Position numbers and translations under genes: made by a program
NCBI GenBank assembly: GCA_035528115.1
Contig: DATKZF010000003.1
Span: 487,089 to 551,088 of the forward strand
Origin: Candidatus Bipolaricaulota bacterium
Lineage (GTDB): Bacteria; Patescibacteriota; Patescibacteriia; UBA11705; DATKZF01
Length of the DNA: 64,000 nucleotides
Reading direction: 5' to 3'
The notes under the pieces: model-generated
The model's database searches: none
What the model was told of the DNA's origin: nothing
What the model saw: the letters and a program-made list of their open reading frames with translations, nothing else
In this document: one piece after another, positions 62,368-64,000 of the stretch
Layout: each line of letters starts with the position of its first letter
How positions within the stretch are numbered: the stretch's first letter is position 1

Positions 62368-63192
62368 ATGGAAATTAAAGCGGAACAAATCAAACTGATC
62401 AGCGAATTGAAAAAGGCGGGATTAAAGCAAAAAGAAGCGGAGATTTATGCCGCTCTTTTGGAATTGGGCGGCGCTTATCCGTCCAAAATCGCGGAATACA
62501 CGAAATTGAACAGAAGCACGGCTTATAAAATTTTGGAGGAATTGGCCATTAAAGGCCTGGTTTCTGAATTGCGAAAAGGAAAAAAACTTTACTATCAGAT
62601 TGAAAAACCCGAAAAATTGGTTAGGTTCGCCGACAGTCAGATCAGGCTCGCGGAAAATCGTTTGGAAAATGCCAAAAAGATATTGCCGGAAATAGAAGGA
62701 TTGTTTACCTTGACTCCTCATAAACCAAAGGTAATGTTTTATGAAGGGCTTGACGGCGTGCTCAAGGTTTACGCCGATCATGTTGAAGTGAAAGAAACTT
62801 ATGAGATGTTGGCTTATTCAAACGCCGCCGAGTATTTGAAATTCATTCCCAAAAAAGACCAGGAAGCATATACGAAGAAAAAGGAGAAATTGAAAATTAA
62901 AACAAGAGGCATTGTGCCGGATACGGTGATTGATAAAAGTTACAATAAAGTCGCTTACGCTAAAATCGAAAAAAGCATTTGGCCAAAGATCCGCTATATT
63001 CCGGCAAAGATGTTTCCTTATCATGGCGAAGTTACAATTTACGGCAAAGATAAGGTCTCTTTGATAAATTTCAGAAAAGGAGCGTATGTCGGCGTTATTA
63101 TAGAAGATCAAGACATTCACGACATGATGGCCATGATTTTTGAGCTGGCTTGGGCCGGTGCCAAGGAATTCGAGAAAGAGAAAAAAGTTTGA
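62368..63192 (+). CDS. TrmB-family transcriptional regulator
   Basis: wHTH, KPKVMFYEGLDG, TIYGKDKV. Confidence 0.9.
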   Translation: MEIKAEQIKLISELKKAGLKQKEAEIYAALLELGGAYPSKIAEYTKLNRSTAYKILEELAIKGLVSELRKGKKLYYQIEKPEKLVRFADSQIRLAENRLENAKKILPEIEGLFTLTPHKPKVMFYEGLDGVLKVYADHVEVKETYEMLAYSNAAEYLKFIPKKDQEAYTKKKEKLKIKTRGIVPDTVIDKSYNKVAYAKIEKSIWPKIRYIPAKMFPYHGEVTIYGKDKVSLINFRKGAYVGVIIEDQDIHDMMAMIFELAWAGAKEFEKEKKV

Positions 63193-63237
63193 TTTTTGGA
63201 GATGACAATGATATCATTGAATAAATCAAAGAAAAAT

Positions 63238-64000
63238 ATGACTCAAACATTCATTAAAGACTTCAAAGAATTCATCGAAAAACAGGTTTCAATCAAAGGC
63301 TGGGTTTATAATCTGCGCTCATCGGGCGCGATTATGTTTTTGCAGATTCGAGACGGCTCGGGCTTTGTTCAGACCGTGGTGTCCAAAAAAGAAGTTGACG
63401 ACAAGGTTTGGATAGAGGCGCAAAAGATTACCACGGAAAGTTCGGTTGAATTGACCGGCAAAGTGACCGAGCATCCCAAGCAAAAAGGGGTTTTCGAATT
63501 GCAAGTTTCAGCAGTTAAAATTATTCAAATCGCCGCCGAATACCCGATCGGAAAAAAAGAGCACGGCCCTGAATTTCTTTTGGACAACCGGCACCTGTGG
63601 CTGCGCGCTCCCAAACAATGGGCTGTTTTGCGCGTTCGAAACACCATTATCAACGCGACTTACGAATATTTGAATAAAGAAGGTTTTATAAAAATTGATT
63701 CGCCGATTTTAACGCCCGTGTCTTGCGAAGACACCACCACTTTATTTGAAACCGATTATTTTGATTTGGGCAAAGCTTATTTATCGCAATCAGGCCAGCT
63801 GTACATTGAAGCGGCCATATTTTCCGTGGGCAGATGCTTTGACTTCGGCCCGACATTTCGAGCGGAAAAATCAAAAACCAGAAGGCATTTGACCGAGTTT
63901 TGGATGATGGACGCTGAGGCCGCGTTTGTCGAGCATGAAGAGAATATGAAAGTGCAGGAAGGATTGATTTGCTTTATCATTGAAAAAGTTCTCGAGAGAA
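63238..64000 (+). CDS. asnS: Asparaginyl-tRNA synthetase (runs off window)
   Basis: KGWVYNLRSSG..RDGSG, NRHLWLR, LSQSGQLY, FRAEKSKTRRHLTEFWM. Confidence 0.95.
   Translation, partial: MTQTFIKDFKEFIEKQVSIKGWVYNLRSSGAIMFLQIRDGSGFVQTVVSKKEVDDKVWIEAQKITTESSVELTGKVTEHPKQKGVFELQVSAVKIIQIAAEYPIGKKEHGPEFLLDNRHLWLRAPKQWAVLRVRNTIINATYEYLNKEGFIKIDSPILTPVSCEDTTTLFETDYFDLGKAYLSQSGQLYIEAAIFSVGRCFDFGPTFRAEKSKTRRHLTEFWMMDAEAAFVEHEENMKVQEGLICFIIEKVLER

Noticed and set aside
1-64000. Alternative genetic code 25
   Set aside because: Conserved genes are uninterrupted under code 11, and leuS and uvrA end at TGA.

Overview
64-kb chromosomal window that looks like a Patescibacteria (CPR, Parcubacteria/ABY1-like) genome. 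The taxonomy is inferred from gene content, SD-less AT-rich leaders, TrmB paralogs, DUF4012 and pilin-like proteins, and a CPR-type RNase P core. TGA is used as a stop, so genetic code 11. Housekeeping genes: rpoB (partial), rpoC, ftsH, infB, trxA/B, gdh, rnhB, leuS, trpS, rnj, secG, uvrA, rplS, gmk, cca, rluD, asnS (partial). Also present: a four-subunit pyruvate:ferredoxin oxidoreductase operon, GT4/WcaJ polysaccharide genes and purA. The most unusual content is non-coding. (1) A ~1.7-kb minus-strand transcription unit (34.4-32.7 kb) has a perfect sigma70 promoter, a boxA-like motif, a structured leader, a small basic ORF and ~1 kb of continuously structured RNA. (2) A ~490-nt promoter-driven RNA (23.47-22.98 kb) resembles group II intron domains I-III with no recognisable catalytic domain V. 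(3) The RNase P RNA is ~765 nt, inflated by large insertions. (4) A ~155-nt structured RNA lies upstream of a methyltransferase. Other signals: inverted-repeat-flanked four-helix-bundle and GxxExxY gene cassettes with gene-less copies, an integron-cassette-like insert, an unannotated ArfT/ArfA-like peptide, nested MITE-like palindromes and scattered GC-rich SD-led foreign genes. All structures were read by eye; no folding or database searches were run.
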